A program made the position numbers and the translations under genes. Below are positions 20,745 to 31,452 of a stretch of 64,000 bases of DNA, one piece after another; position 1 is the first letter of the stretch, and every line of letters begins with the position of its first letter. The notes under the pieces are model-generated. The model did not search any database, was not told the DNA's origin, and saw only the letters and a program-made list of their open reading frames with translations. Source of the DNA: a virus; the IMG/VR virus record IMGVR_UViG_3300028734_000012, positions 32,001 to 96,000 of that record; one strand, given 5' to 3'.

Positions 20745-21060
20745 GGAGAAAAAAATGGCTAAATTAATTAAAACCTTTGAAAAAGGAATTGACAAAACCG
20801 AGTTAACTTTCATGGGCGGCACATTTACTGTTACTATGATTCCAACGGACTATGGCTCTAAAAGTATCGAAAAATCGTTAGATATACAAATTAAGGCATA
20901 TCTTAATAGTTCTTACACAGACATTGATACAGAATCAAAGTTAATGGAAGAAGTTTTCGATGTTCTTGATATAATTGATTCTGACGAAGATGAAGATAGA
21001 TTGGACGACCTAGAAGTCCTTGATAAATTTGAAGCAGAGGTTGGATATCATGCTGATTAG
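20737..21060 (+). CDS. acidic hypothetical protein
   Basis: AAGGAG SD favours MAKLIK start. Confidence 0.65.
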   Translation: MIKEKKMAKLIKTFEKGIDKTELTFMGGTFTVTMIPTDYGSKSIEKSLDIQIKAYLNSSYTDIDTESKLMEEVFDVLDIIDSDEDEDRLDDLEVLDKFEAEVGYHAD

Positions 21061-21334
21061 GTCACAAGATAAAACGATGCTGATTCCAATGGATAAGTTT
21101 ATTATAGGATTATATAATTATCAAGGTAATTATTCCGTTGGACTATATTCTATAGAATCAGATGAATGTATCTCTACAATTGGGTCATATGATTCTGTAG
21201 AAAGAGCAATTAAGATTATTGATAAAATTCAACTTGCTTATATGAACTGTAACTTTTTTACTGCAAATCCATTGAACGGAGTAAGAACTGCCGTTAGCAT
21301 CCAAAACTCGGTGTTTGAAATGCCAGAAAGGTAG
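21020..21334 (+). CDS. hypothetical phage protein
   Basis: IRSQDK...G.Y.S.ERA......FEMP pattern. Confidence 0.65.
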   Translation: MINLKQRLDIMLIRSQDKTMLIPMDKFIIGLYNYQGNYSVGLYSIESDECISTIGSYDSVERAIKIIDKIQLAYMNCNFFTANPLNGVRTAVSIQNSVFEMPER

Positions 21335-21341
21335 TAACAAA

Positions 21342-22007
21342 ATGAAATTTAAAGGCGATATTATTATCACAGACCCATGTTATGTCACGAAAAAAAGATA
21401 TGATTTTTGGAGTGACCCAACGTATCCTAAATGGAAAGATTATATGATAGACGATAAGCTATGTCTAATTAAAAACACAGAAATTTTTATTAATGAATCA
21501 AAAGATGCAGAACAAAAAAAATTCAGAAAAATTTGGGTGAGTGCGTGTAGGGATGCATTAGATTTAGCAGAAGAAAAATGGAAAAAAGACCATAAAGAAT
21601 TAATGAAAGATGATTGGGAAGACTGTGGATTCGGAGAAGATATGTCCGTTTTAGGATTTACCACTTTTATTTCAGAAGATACGTTATATGGTGATTGGTC
21701 ATGCACTACATATGAAACTGATTCTAAAAAAGAATTAGGTAATTTTTGTGCTGATGCAGGAATGGTTTGTGTATTATTACTTGATGAAGTTTTAAAATAC
21801 AATCCAGACTTTAATTATCATATTACAAAACCTTGGACTACTACTTTAATTAAAGATTTCGACGGAGATATTTATACGGAAGTTTCCCCTGTTGAAGATT
21901 ATTCAGATGAAGAATTTGATTCAGAAGACGAAAGTTGTGAATTAGAATTACTTAAAGTAATTGGTGTGGGTAATGTGAATTTTTATACCTCACAGACAGG
22001 ATACTAA
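21342..22007 (+). CDS. hypothetical phage protein
   Basis: IIITDPCY...TLYGDW...FCADAGMVCV motifs. Confidence 0.75.
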   Translation: MKFKGDIIITDPCYVTKKRYDFWSDPTYPKWKDYMIDDKLCLIKNTEIFINESKDAEQKKFRKIWVSACRDALDLAEEKWKKDHKELMKDDWEDCGFGEDMSVLGFTTFISEDTLYGDWSCTTYETDSKKELGNFCADAGMVCVLLLDEVLKYNPDFNYHITKPWTTTLIKDFDGDIYTEVSPVEDYSDEEFDSEDESCELELLKVIGVGNVNFYTSQTGY

Positions 22008-22272
22008 TATGGGTAATGACAACGGAGATTCTAAAATAAGTAAGGATAAATGCCCTTATCTTTCAAGCAAAGAGGACTATTGGGGAACTACTAGCTATCC
22101 AATATGTACTTGCGGCTTCAAGCATTGCAAAGAAGACGTTGGGTATTGTCCGATAAAAGATAATTAATTTAATTAATTAAAAATAAAATTCTTAATTACT
22201 TGACAAATAGTATTAATAGTACTATAATATATATAGATTAAAAAATAAATAAATTTAAAGGGGTAATGACAA

Positions 22273-23208
22273 ATGTCTTCAAAAGGCAGTTGGACTAGTT
22301 CTGCATGGGATACCTATTCTAAATCAACTGGTGTAAAAAGTGTCACCGCGGCAACTGTAAGTTCTGTTTATAAATCTACGGGGTTAAAAGATTCATTAAA
22401 TCCGCTAAAATTCAAGCTAAGAGAATCAAGGGATAGCGCAGAGTATCCAAATAGTACACCAATTTTTATTGGTCTCGATGTCACAGGCTCAATGGCAGGA
22501 GTAATTACAGAGGTAATTAAAGGATTAGATACTCTTGTTACAGAAGTATACAGTCGAAAACCTATCACAGATGCACAGATTGCTTTTGGTGGTATTGGTG
22601 ATTTCGTATACGATAAAGCACCAATTCAGATTTCTCAATTTGAATCTGATATCAAAATTGCAGAAGCATTGCAGGAAATTTACTACGAAAGCTGTGGCGG
22701 TGGCAACGATTCCGAGGGTTACATTGGCGCATGGTATTATGCCGCTAATCATATCGTAAGCGATAACTACGAAAAACGTGGTAAAAAGGGTATCTTATTC
22801 ACTATTGGTGATGAATGCCCAACACCTCGTTTGACTAAGGAACAGATTAAGAAATTCATTGGCGACGATGTTCAAGTGGACAGCTATACCGCAGAGGAAC
22901 TTTTGGATGAAGTTTCTAAGAAATGGGAAGTTTATCATTTGATTATCGAACAGGGTAATTATATCAGAAACCACGGCAACAGAGATAAGGTTATTGAAAA
23001 GTGGTCATCCCTTATGGGACAGAATGCAATTCCTGTTGATGACTATACTAAGATTTCCGAAATTATCGTGTCTATTCTTCAAGCGTATGCAGGAGAAAGC
23101 ATTGATAAGATTGTATCAAGTTGGGATGGCTCAACTAGTTTGACGGTCAAGAGAGCAATTTCTGGACTAAAAACTACCGATACATCTTCTGGTTTAGTCG
23201 AATTTTAA
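22273..23208 (+). CDS. von Willebrand factor A (vWA) domain protein
   Basis: MIDAS DVTGSM; GGGNDSE; FTIGDE. Confidence 0.85.
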   Translation: MSSKGSWTSSAWDTYSKSTGVKSVTAATVSSVYKSTGLKDSLNPLKFKLRESRDSAEYPNSTPIFIGLDVTGSMAGVITEVIKGLDTLVTEVYSRKPITDAQIAFGGIGDFVYDKAPIQISQFESDIKIAEALQEIYYESCGGGNDSEGYIGAWYYAANHIVSDNYEKRGKKGILFTIGDECPTPRLTKEQIKKFIGDDVQVDSYTAEELLDEVSKKWEVYHLIIEQGNYIRNHGNRDKVIEKWSSLMGQNAIPVDDYTKISEIIVSILQAYAGESIDKIVSSWDGSTSLTVKRAISGLKTTDTSSGLVEF

Positions 23209-23310
23209 TTAAATAATTAATTTAAAAATAGATTTGTCAATTACTTGACAAATCTATTTTTTTGTTGTATAATTAATACACAAGATAAAAGAATTAGAGA
23301 GGTAATTAAA

Positions 23311-24528
23311 ATGAAAAAAATTAAAATCGTTATTGGAGCAAATTTCGGTGATGAGGGCAAAGGATTAATGACAGATTATTTCTCAACTAGCCCAAATACA
23401 ATTGTAGTTTGTCACAATGGTGGCGCACAAAAAGGGCATACTGTTGTCACACCAGATGGTAAACGTCACGTTTTTAACCATTTTGGTTCTGGTACATTAG
23501 CAAATGCAGAAACCTATTTGAGCGAGGATTACATCGTTAACCCTATGTTATTTCATAGAGAATACAACGAATTGTCAGATATGGGATATTTAATAGACTG
23601 TGCCCCTATGGTATTCGTAAATGAAAAATGCTTAATCACTACACCTTATGATATGATGATTAATCAAATCGTTGAAGAACAACGTAGTGGAGATAAACAC
23701 GGCTCATGCGGCACTGGTATTTTTGAAACAATTGTTCGTAACAGAAATGAAACTTTTAACCTAAATGCAAAGAAAGTTTTCAGCGATAATCTGTGGATGG
23801 ATTCATATGTTTCTTCAATGATGAACCGTATTAAAACTATTTATACCTCTAAAAGACTTTCAGAACTTAACGTAAATATTAAAGATACAAAATGGGAACA
23901 TTTAATTTATGATGACAACGAGATTATAAGCAACTATATGAAAGATATTCAATTCATGAAAGAGCATGTTATTATCGTTAATGACAGTCAAGAAAAATCA
24001 TTGTTAAATGGTCATGACAACATTGTGTTTGAAGGCGCACAGGGACTACTACTTGACCAAAACAACACAGATTACTTCCCTAACCTTACACCATCCAACA
24101 CTGGACTTACCAATCCCGTCAAGATTTTGAAAGCCAACGGACTTACCAGTGAGGATATCGAAGTGTGCTACGTAACGCGCAGTTACGCTACCAGACACGG
24201 CGCAGGACGCTTTGAAACGGAATGCGAGAGTAAACTTATAGCCGAAGATTTAGTCGATTCTACGAACATACAGAACCCCTTTCAAGATACAATCCGCTAC
24301 GGCAAGTTGGACGTAGACTTAATGATGAAAAATATCAAGAATGATTTAAGTATTGTGGACTTTGAAATCAAAACTTCAATAGCAATTACGCATCTTGATG
24401 AAACTAGGGGATTTATTCGTTGCAAAGATTATGATAGACTTCCAGTTGATTCAAAGTTTTCTAAATTTAATCATACGTATGCATCATGGGGTGCATCAAG
24501 AGTTAAAATAACTAAAACTGTGAGGTAA
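23311..24528 (+). CDS. purA: adenylosuccinate synthetase-like protein
   Basis: GANFGDEGKG, GGAQKGHT, GSCGTG, FEGAQGLLLD, TRHGAG; the track start at 23245 is the -35 box. Confidence 0.85.
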   Translation: MKKIKIVIGANFGDEGKGLMTDYFSTSPNTIVVCHNGGAQKGHTVVTPDGKRHVFNHFGSGTLANAETYLSEDYIVNPMLFHREYNELSDMGYLIDCAPMVFVNEKCLITTPYDMMINQIVEEQRSGDKHGSCGTGIFETIVRNRNETFNLNAKKVFSDNLWMDSYVSSMMNRIKTIYTSKRLSELNVNIKDTKWEHLIYDDNEIISNYMKDIQFMKEHVIIVNDSQEKSLLNGHDNIVFEGAQGLLLDQNNTDYFPNLTPSNTGLTNPVKILKANGLTSEDIEVCYVTRSYATRHGAGRFETECESKLIAEDLVDSTNIQNPFQDTIRYGKLDVDLMMKNIKNDLSIVDFEIKTSIAITHLDETRGFIRCKDYDRLPVDSKFSKFNHTYASWGASRVKITKTVR

Positions 24529-24532
24529 AACA

Positions 24533-24856
24533 ATGCTTATATTAGAGGGTAGCCCCTATAAATCAAAAGTGGTACAAGACCTAATTACCGCAAGTTCAAA
24601 TTCTTTAGCATTTGTTCAAGACAATCCAAATATCTTATCGCCTTGTAGAAACGTTTGGAATATTGGAAGTGGTAAAATTTCGATATCTAATGTTATATCA
24701 TATGTCAAGGCTTTATATATTCTAAAATATGAATATATCATCATCTATACTAATCAAGAGAGAGATAATATAGATTTTGAAGGTTTCAAAGAACTTGAAC
24801 AGTACTGCAATTGTTTAATTATTACTTGCAAATCAAATAAAATTAAGGAGAACTAA
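24533..24856 (+). CDS. hypothetical protein
   Basis: GAGGT SD. Confidence 0.65.
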   Translation: MLILEGSPYKSKVVQDLITASSNSLAFVQDNPNILSPCRNVWNIGSGKISISNVISYVKALYILKYEYIIIYTNQERDNIDFEGFKELEQYCNCLIITCKSNKIKEN

Positions 24857-25033
24857 TCATGAATGAAGACGAACAAATGAGCAAAGAGGAACTTATTTTG
24901 GAACTGGTATTGTCTTTAAATAAAGGTGGGGCATATTGGGAAACTACCGTACCTCATGCGATAAAACAATATGAGCAATTAATTTCTTACGGAATTATCA
25001 CAGAAGCAGAATAAAAGAAAGGATGATAGACAA

Positions 25034-25330
25034 ATGGATTTTTTAATATTTTACATTATCAGCACAATTATAGTTTTATTAATTAAAGCTATAATTATCA
25101 AATCAGTATCCAATCAATTAAAGAGAGAACTTCCAGATTTTAAAGAAAAGCAAAAAAAAATTACAATTTCTGAAAAGATAGCTAATAATTTAATGCTTCT
25201 TTTGCCATTGATAAATATAGGTATTATTATTATACTTATATTTAGTCAAGATGACGTTAAAAATGATGTCAGAATAGACGTTTATGGGAAAGAAAAGAAG
25301 GAAGAGACAAATGAGAGATACTACCATTAA
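25034..25330 (+). CDS. membrane protein, paralogue of 27132
   Basis: MDFLIFYIISTII versus MEFLMFYIISTII. Confidence 0.65.
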   Translation: MDFLIFYIISTIIVLLIKAIIIKSVSNQLKRELPDFKEKQKKITISEKIANNLMLLLPLINIGIIIILIFSQDDVKNDVRIDVYGKEKKEETNERYYH

Positions 25331-25859
25331 TTATAGACCAGAAGTTTCTAAACAATTACAAGAGATTCAAAGTTTAGCTTTGAGGGCTTATAGACAAGAT
25401 TCTCAAAAGTTTTATCTTAATGCAATTATGTTTCGCTTGGAAAAAATAGACAAAGAAAAAGCTAAAAGATTAAAGACTGTATTAAGCCAAATCGATAAAA
25501 ATTGCACAAACTATATTCCATACAGATTTAAGAAGGAATTTGGGTTTGAAATTATTTCAGCTACGCATTCAGCCCCAATCATGTTTAAAGTAATTGAAGC
25601 TGTTATCGATGATGATATTGCTAAAATTGATACAAGTGATTTTAACGAATTTGAAAAATTCATGTTAACCCAATTTATTTACTCGCTTAAAATGCCTAAT
25701 CGTAATATAAATTTAAAGCCAGATGAAAATGGATTATGCTATTATGATAAAAATCAATATCCAACATTTCAATCATCTTTAATATCGGACTTAAATTATC
25801 TTGAATATGCTACTAATATTTTAATTGACATAATGAATACACCAGATGAGGAAGGATAA
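25284..25859 (+). CDS. hypothetical protein
   Basis: 191-aa ORF in operon. Confidence 0.65.
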   Translation: MGKKRRKRQMRDTTINYRPEVSKQLQEIQSLALRAYRQDSQKFYLNAIMFRLEKIDKEKAKRLKTVLSQIDKNCTNYIPYRFKKEFGFEIISATHSAPIMFKVIEAVIDDDIAKIDTSDFNEFEKFMLTQFIYSLKMPNRNINLKPDENGLCYYDKNQYPTFQSSLISDLNYLEYATNILIDIMNTPDEEG

Positions 25860-26029
25860 ACAATGTTTTTATTTATTGCTTTTATATTAATTGTCATTGG
25901 AGCGATATTACGAAATCATGTTTCAGAAAAATATCAATATTTGTTTGGCTATACAGTTGGTAGTATAGTAATTTTTTTAATTTGTACCCAAAATTATTTT
26001 TTTTCGTAAAAATAAAAGTTTAGTTTTGT

Positions 26030-26371
26030 TTGAAGAAGGTGATATATTTGTCAGAAATTTTGATTGATTTTAATGATAATTGGAATAAGGATATTTGCCC
26101 ACATAGTCCATCGTATTTTATTAATGACAATTTTTCAAAATATAATATCGATGGAAGGAAAATTATTTTATCTCAAATTCCTTTGATATGGATTGATACT
26201 ACTAAAAATAATAAGGTTTATTGTATCTTTTGGGGGAGTACAGAATGTGTTGGCAGAATTTCTGCTAGAAATAATAATAAACAAAACAAGTTTAAAAAAT
26301 TAAGAGAAGAAATTATACAAGTAAACCAAAAAAGACAAGAGTTGTCTTTCGCTGTAAAAGCAATTCGATGA
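26030..26371 (+). CDS. hypothetical protein
   Basis: ORF with internal AAGGTG SD. Confidence 0.5.
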   Translation: MKKVIYLSEILIDFNDNWNKDICPHSPSYFINDNFSKYNIDGRKIILSQIPLIWIDTTKNNKVYCIFWGSTECVGRISARNNNKQNKFKKLREEIIQVNQKRQELSFAVKAIR

Positions 26372-26555
26372 AACTTTGATTTTATTCTCAAAATTTTTCA
26401 AATTCGGTAGATTTTAGTGAAATCGTGTCCACAGGAGACACTTTTTTATAGGGGGTAGGGTAATCTTATACCCAAAATTATCGTGTCATACAGAGCCTTC
26501 TAGGGCATCTAAAAATCATGATAAAATAATACAATGAATTAAAGGGGTAAATGTC

Positions 26556-26771
26556 ATGGCAATGGGTAATTTTTGTTACATTGAGGGTACGGAGTGCCCC
26601 TACGCGACAGTTATGGGTAGTTGCAAGTATGAGGACAGTGGACTGTGTACCATGCATGGTGACGATATGCCAGATGAAAAGAAAAATAAAGCAAGCGAAG
26701 AAAATAAAGTTTTTAAGTTAAGAGATTATGGAATGTCAATGTTATTTAATATAAATTTTGGTAAAATATAA
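26556..26771 (+). CDS. small Cys-rich protein
   Basis: AGGGG SD. Confidence 0.6.
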   Translation: MAMGNFCYIEGTECPYATVMGSCKYEDSGLCTMHGDDMPDEKKNKASEENKVFKLRDYGMSMLFNINFGKI

Positions 26772-26800
26772 TAACAAAACCAAATGAAAGGAGAAACAAG

Positions 26801-27118
26801 ATGAACGAAGAAAATCTAAAAAAATATATAAAACTACAGCAAATAGGAATTGATACATTTAAGTCATTGGAAGAACAAAATAGGATATACGATTTTACAA
26901 ATGAAATCAATAATCATCAAGAAATCATTGATTGCATTTCAAAACAAATATCCGAAAAACCAGTTTCTGGATTAGGGTTAAGTAGTGTTTTTATTCATGA
27001 TGATGGCGGTGCAGATGATTTATTGAAATTTACATTACACTGTAAGCGGTGTGGTCATGCACTAGAGATAGGCGAAGATTACTGCATGAAATGCGGTCAA
27101 AAAATAGATAAAAATTAA
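26801..27118 (+). CDS. Zn-ribbon phage protein
   Basis: KQI..KP...CKRC...YCMKCGQKI. Confidence 0.7.
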   Translation: MNEENLKKYIKLQQIGIDTFKSLEEQNRIYDFTNEINNHQEIIDCISKQISEKPVSGLGLSSVFIHDDGGADDLLKFTLHCKRCGHALEIGEDYCMKCGQKIDKN

Positions 27119-27131
27119 AGGAGAAATTCAA

Positions 27132-27422
27132 ATGGAATTTTTAATGTTCTATATCATTAGCACAATTATTACTTTAATAATAGCGTTTATTGTCTTAAAA
27201 GGTACTTGCGTTAGTTTGCAACGTCAAAATGAAAAGTTCAAAAAGGCAACAAAAAGTGTATCTTTTTGGGAGAAGCTAATGTTTTCACTTCCTTGTTTCG
27301 TGCCGTGTATTAATTGCTTACTTGCATTGTTTTTAATTTGCGGTGGCTTTTTAACAATTAAATATGTTGTCAATTACATAGTATACGGTGATACCGACGG
27401 CGAACCATATTCCTATAGATAA
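27132..27422 (+). CDS. membrane protein, paralogue of 25034
   Basis: AAGGAG SD; hydrophobic. Confidence 0.65.
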   Translation: MEFLMFYIISTIITLIIAFIVLKGTCVSLQRQNEKFKKATKSVSFWEKLMFSLPCFVPCINCLLALFLICGGFLTIKYVVNYIVYGDTDGEPYSYR

Positions 27423-27474
27423 TAATCATAATTTATTTTAAATTGCATATAATATAAAATAAGGTGGTGATATT

Positions 27475-27885
27475 TTGAAAGTATGTACTGTATGTTGGGA
27501 TAAGAGTTGTAATCATAGCTATCAATATAAAGCAGAGATTGATGATAATATTTCGGATATTATTTGTATTCTAAATAGAAAAGGATACAAAACGTTGTAT
27601 TGTTGTGGTGGTCACATTTCGGAAGATAATATATTGCAAGGTTATCTTCCGAATATTTATATAGCTTTTAATAAATATAATAGCAAAGTAATTAATATGG
27701 ATACTAGCCCATTGGGTGAAAATTGGACTTGGAATAAAACGAATGCTACACTAAGATATTTTTTAAAAGAAGCAAAACAATTTAAAAATAAATCAATGAA
27801 TGATAAAGATATTTTATTAGTAACTGATATTTTAAATAACGAGATAAATAGACTAAAAGAATTTGTTATATTACTTGACAAATAA
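27475..27885 (+). CDS. hypothetical protein
   Basis: EID..I..I...LN.KGY.T.YCCGGH pattern. Confidence 0.65.
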   Translation: MKVCTVCWDKSCNHSYQYKAEIDDNISDIICILNRKGYKTLYCCGGHISEDNILQGYLPNIYIAFNKYNSKVINMDTSPLGENWTWNKTNATLRYFLKEAKQFKNKSMNDKDILLVTDILNNEINRLKEFVILLDK

Positions 27886-27942
27886 ACAAATCTAAGGTAT
27901 AATACATCTACAAGATAAGACACAATAAAAGGAGAAAGAGAA

Positions 27943-29067
27943 ATGGGAAAATTAGCTTATATACCCGAACTTGAAAAAGCAACATTAGTTAGAAAATTTA
28001 TACCTAGACTTATTAATATAGATGAAAGTATTGAAAGCGCTTATGGGTATTATTACAAAAATAATGGTAGTGATGGATTACACTATCAGCCAAAAGATGC
28101 AACCTTTTTAATAGAAGACGGTAATCCACGCACAGCTTTTAAAAAATGCGAAGAATACATTAATTCGTTGCCAGTACAAGCTACTATTCCACAAACAAGA
28201 AGAATGTATAATGCCTATGCTCCATATTATGACAGTTATGATATTGCATGGAAACCAATCCTTGTCGATGCTAAAGAAGATAAGGATGATATCTATACTT
28301 ATTCATATCTTGCGAACACCTACAAAATTCCTAAAAAATTTGTATTCTTCTTTGATAATTTTGAATATGCAACTGGTCGCGAGGGCTGTGTAGCAATTAT
28401 TAATAAATATCTTAACAAAAATATCTGTAATACATGTGATTACAGAGATATCGATATTAATTTAAAATGCAATAGTTGTATCAATGCTGGATATGTTGAT
28501 GGGGTCGGCACAATTTGCAGACTGGTCAAAAAAGAAAAAAATGTAACGTTGTGCGTTAATCCTAATGTAAACTTAAATGAGAACGTTATTTGTAAAGACT
28601 ATATCCCCGTTTCTGCTGTCAGATGGGATGGATTTGACCGTTACATGAAAGCTATGAAGGACTGCTACTATAATCCTAGCTGTGGCTATATAAGGTCACA
28701 TATGCTAACTGGTAATACCTTTGAGGGTAATTTCCCACAAGCTGTAAAGGTCGAAGTGAAAAACCTATATCTTAAAGGCAGATTAATTGAATCAATTTGG
28801 ATTCCTGTTGATAAATGGACAAGTAGAACGTTCATCGACGATGAAAAAATCTACACTAAATTCATTAAGTATAAAGAAATCAAGGGTTCAACCTTAAATC
28901 ATTTAGGACTTGTCTATGTATCTGAAATTCCCTACGTTAAGGATATTACTTTTATAGAAACAAGATTAAAGTTTATTCAATCAATTACTTATAAAGATAG
29001 TGATAAACCGCCATTTGATGCTGATGAAAATTATGCCGAATATATAGACAGTTTAATAAGAGACTAA
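27943..29067 (+). CDS. hypothetical protein with Cys clusters
   Basis: 374-aa ORF with promoter and SD. Confidence 0.75.
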   Translation: MGKLAYIPELEKATLVRKFIPRLINIDESIESAYGYYYKNNGSDGLHYQPKDATFLIEDGNPRTAFKKCEEYINSLPVQATIPQTRRMYNAYAPYYDSYDIAWKPILVDAKEDKDDIYTYSYLANTYKIPKKFVFFFDNFEYATGREGCVAIINKYLNKNICNTCDYRDIDINLKCNSCINAGYVDGVGTICRLVKKEKNVTLCVNPNVNLNENVICKDYIPVSAVRWDGFDRYMKAMKDCYYNPSCGYIRSHMLTGNTFEGNFPQAVKVEVKNLYLKGRLIESIWIPVDKWTSRTFIDDEKIYTKFIKYKEIKGSTLNHLGLVYVSEIPYVKDITFIETRLKFIQSITYKDSDKPPFDADENYAEYIDSLIRD

Positions 29068-29314
29068 TGTTTCATTGGATTTTATGAGGGCGGTAATTCT
29101 ATGCTAGACCCTATTTCGCAAGTTACGCTAATGTTTATATGGTCTAAGTGCCAAAAAGGGGGTGGTAATTCTATGCTAACTTTTTATCAACGTTTAAGCC
29201 ATATTTGATATGAGCAAAACAATGATTTTAAGAGAGTTCGCCCCTCTTATCTTATACGCATCTTTCGTCCCATTCCTAATAACAAATAAATATAATACAT
29301 AAAAGGAGAAACAC

Positions 29315-30085
29315 ATGTTTTTTGATAAAAATAAAGTTAAAGAATCTATGAAAGAGTATGATAAAAATCCAATATTTAAAGGTGACACAACAGAAGAAAA
29401 AAGTATTTTAACTTCTTCTCCTACAACACAAGAAGATTGGCAATGGGTGGAAGGGTTTAAAGCTACGGATTTAGACCTACGTTGCTATGGTAAATTTCAG
29501 TATGAGGTAGGAAAGCAATCCGATATTACAAATGATAGACCTATTAAGTTATGTTCTAATGGTTTTCATTTCTGTAAAGAATTGCCTCATGTATTTTATT
29601 CTATTGGTAATTATTATAATTGTAGATACTTTAAATGTAAAGCTTTAGTAGACGTTAATAGCAATACATATAAAGATTACGGTAAAATTTCTGAATCACA
29701 CGATTACTATTTTGGTAAAAAAATAAGCTGTGTACTTGTAGCTAAATCTATTATTCTAACAGAAGAAATAGCTATTAAAGATACATATAGTGATTTCTTT
29801 AAATCTTTAGAACTTTGTTTGTCTTTACAATGTGCAACACAGTATCGTGAAGTAAACTCTTTAGAAATGTATTTATTAGTGTATAAATATAAAAGTGTTT
29901 ATAACGCACATCATCATTTATTTAAAGAATATATGGTTAGTTTAGGATTTAGTGAAACCTTTTCAACAATACTACATCCTAAAAACTTTGATATAATTAA
30001 AAAATTTGCTAAAGCTATGGTAGATGAAGGTGTCTCAAAAGATATGGCTGTTTACCTAATTTTAGAGAAATGTAGGGAATCTTAA
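29315..30085 (+). CDS. hypothetical phage protein
   Basis: GFK.TD.DL.C...FQYEVGK...LC.NGFHFC pattern. Confidence 0.75.
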   Translation: MFFDKNKVKESMKEYDKNPIFKGDTTEEKSILTSSPTTQEDWQWVEGFKATDLDLRCYGKFQYEVGKQSDITNDRPIKLCSNGFHFCKELPHVFYSIGNYYNCRYFKCKALVDVNSNTYKDYGKISESHDYYFGKKISCVLVAKSIILTEEIAIKDTYSDFFKSLELCLSLQCATQYREVNSLEMYLLVYKYKSVYNAHHHLFKEYMVSLGFSETFSTILHPKNFDIIKKFAKAMVDEGVSKDMAVYLILEKCRES

Positions 30086-30786
30086 TGTTTGGAGTAACTA
30101 ATGATTTTATGGATTTAGATAAGGACTTAGGTTTGTTTGAGCCTTTTGGTAATCCTAAAGGTTTTATTAAAAAGGATGCCGCAGAGACTACATATAGAAC
30201 TAAATCTTCCGAAAGTTTTATGGGGTTGCAATTCCTCAATAAATATCTTAAAAGTTATAGGTGCTTTATTGCGGGTGGCTGTTTTAAGAACATCTTCACG
30301 TCGCAAAAATTTAAAGATATCGATATGTTTTTCTTTGATGAAGCGGCATTCAACGAAGTAGATTTATTAATAAAAGCTGATTCGGATTACACGTTACGTT
30401 ATGAGAATGACAAAGTAATTGCCTATAACCATAAAGATAATGACGTTGTTTTAGAATTGATTAGGTCAACATTCGGTTTTTATGAAGAGGTTATGAATCG
30501 GTTTGATTGGACTATAACTAAATTCGCTTATTACAAAATAGCTAACGGTGAAACAGACCAGTATCAAACTGTTTATCATAAGGATTTCTTTGAACACTTG
30601 CTACAGCATAGATTAGTAGCGGATAATATACTGCCATACCCTGTTAGTTCATTTGAGAGAGCATTACGCTACAAAGGATATGGATATAGTATGTGTAGGG
30701 AAACAAAGGTAAAACTGATTCAAGCAATTAAGGATTCGCAATTAGACGAAGATTTATCTGCAAGTTTATACGATGGGGTAGATTGA
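30085..30786 (+). CDS. Pol-beta superfamily nucleotidyltransferase
   Basis: FIAGG...KDIDMFF (hG[G]x9DhD) and FDWT motifs. Confidence 0.7.
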   Translation: MFGVTNDFMDLDKDLGLFEPFGNPKGFIKKDAAETTYRTKSSESFMGLQFLNKYLKSYRCFIAGGCFKNIFTSQKFKDIDMFFFDEAAFNEVDLLIKADSDYTLRYENDKVIAYNHKDNDVVLELIRSTFGFYEEVMNRFDWTITKFAYYKIANGETDQYQTVYHKDFFEHLLQHRLVADNILPYPVSSFERALRYKGYGYSMCRETKVKLIQAIKDSQLDEDLSASLYDGVD

Positions 30787-31133
30787 TTTTTATACTCATT
30801 TTTACATAAGACCACTTTTTTATACTTGCCCCCGTCCCCCACCCACACTTCAAAACGATATGGTCAAATTTTAATTTTTATTTTTTTTAAAAAATTGAAT
30901 TTGCAATTAATCAATTAAATTAAGAATTAAATTACCATATATCCTATTTATATGCAAAATCAATACCGCATATGCCAAATAAATGAATAAACCTCTACAA
31001 AATTACATCTCACTCATACTGTGAACAGTTTATGAACGAATTTATAAACTACGTTTATGAACTAATTGATAAACTATGTTTATGAACTACACAGTAAATC
31101 ATATTAAATATAAAGAATATAGAGGATAATATA

Positions 31134-31355
31134 ATGAATGAATTTAACGTTCCGTTGGATAATAATGCAAGAGTAAATCTAGTTACTGCAAGCGCACCAG
31201 AAGTCGTCTTTAGCAATAATAATATCAATGGAATTAATGCAATTAAAGAACTTAATGATACATTGAAAACTGCAAACGATGGCATCTCTAAAATGTACGC
31301 ACAATATAAGGATATGATAAATTCCATAATATGGGAAAAATATGGTCGCACATAG
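31134..31355 (+). CDS. hypothetical protein
   Basis: GAGGA SD. Confidence 0.5.
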   Translation: MNEFNVPLDNNARVNLVTASAPEVVFSNNNINGINAIKELNDTLKTANDGISKMYAQYKDMINSIIWEKYGRT

Positions 31356-31452
31356 CAAAAGATATGCACTTTTATCACTTTAAATTAATAAAATAATAAA
31401 ATATACATATCTTTTTGTTCAAATTTATTAAGTTTTACTTGAATTAATGCTA

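Noticed and set aside
23311-24528. PurZ / 2-aminoadenine (Z) genome
   Set aside because: The P-loop is GDEGKG with the PurA-type Asp, not the PurZ GSTGKG, and no DatZ or MazZ gene is recognisable nearby
29088-29180. Direct repeat GGTAATTCTATGCTA, two copies
   Set aside because: Looks like a short duplicated SD/start region; no further structure or function can be supported
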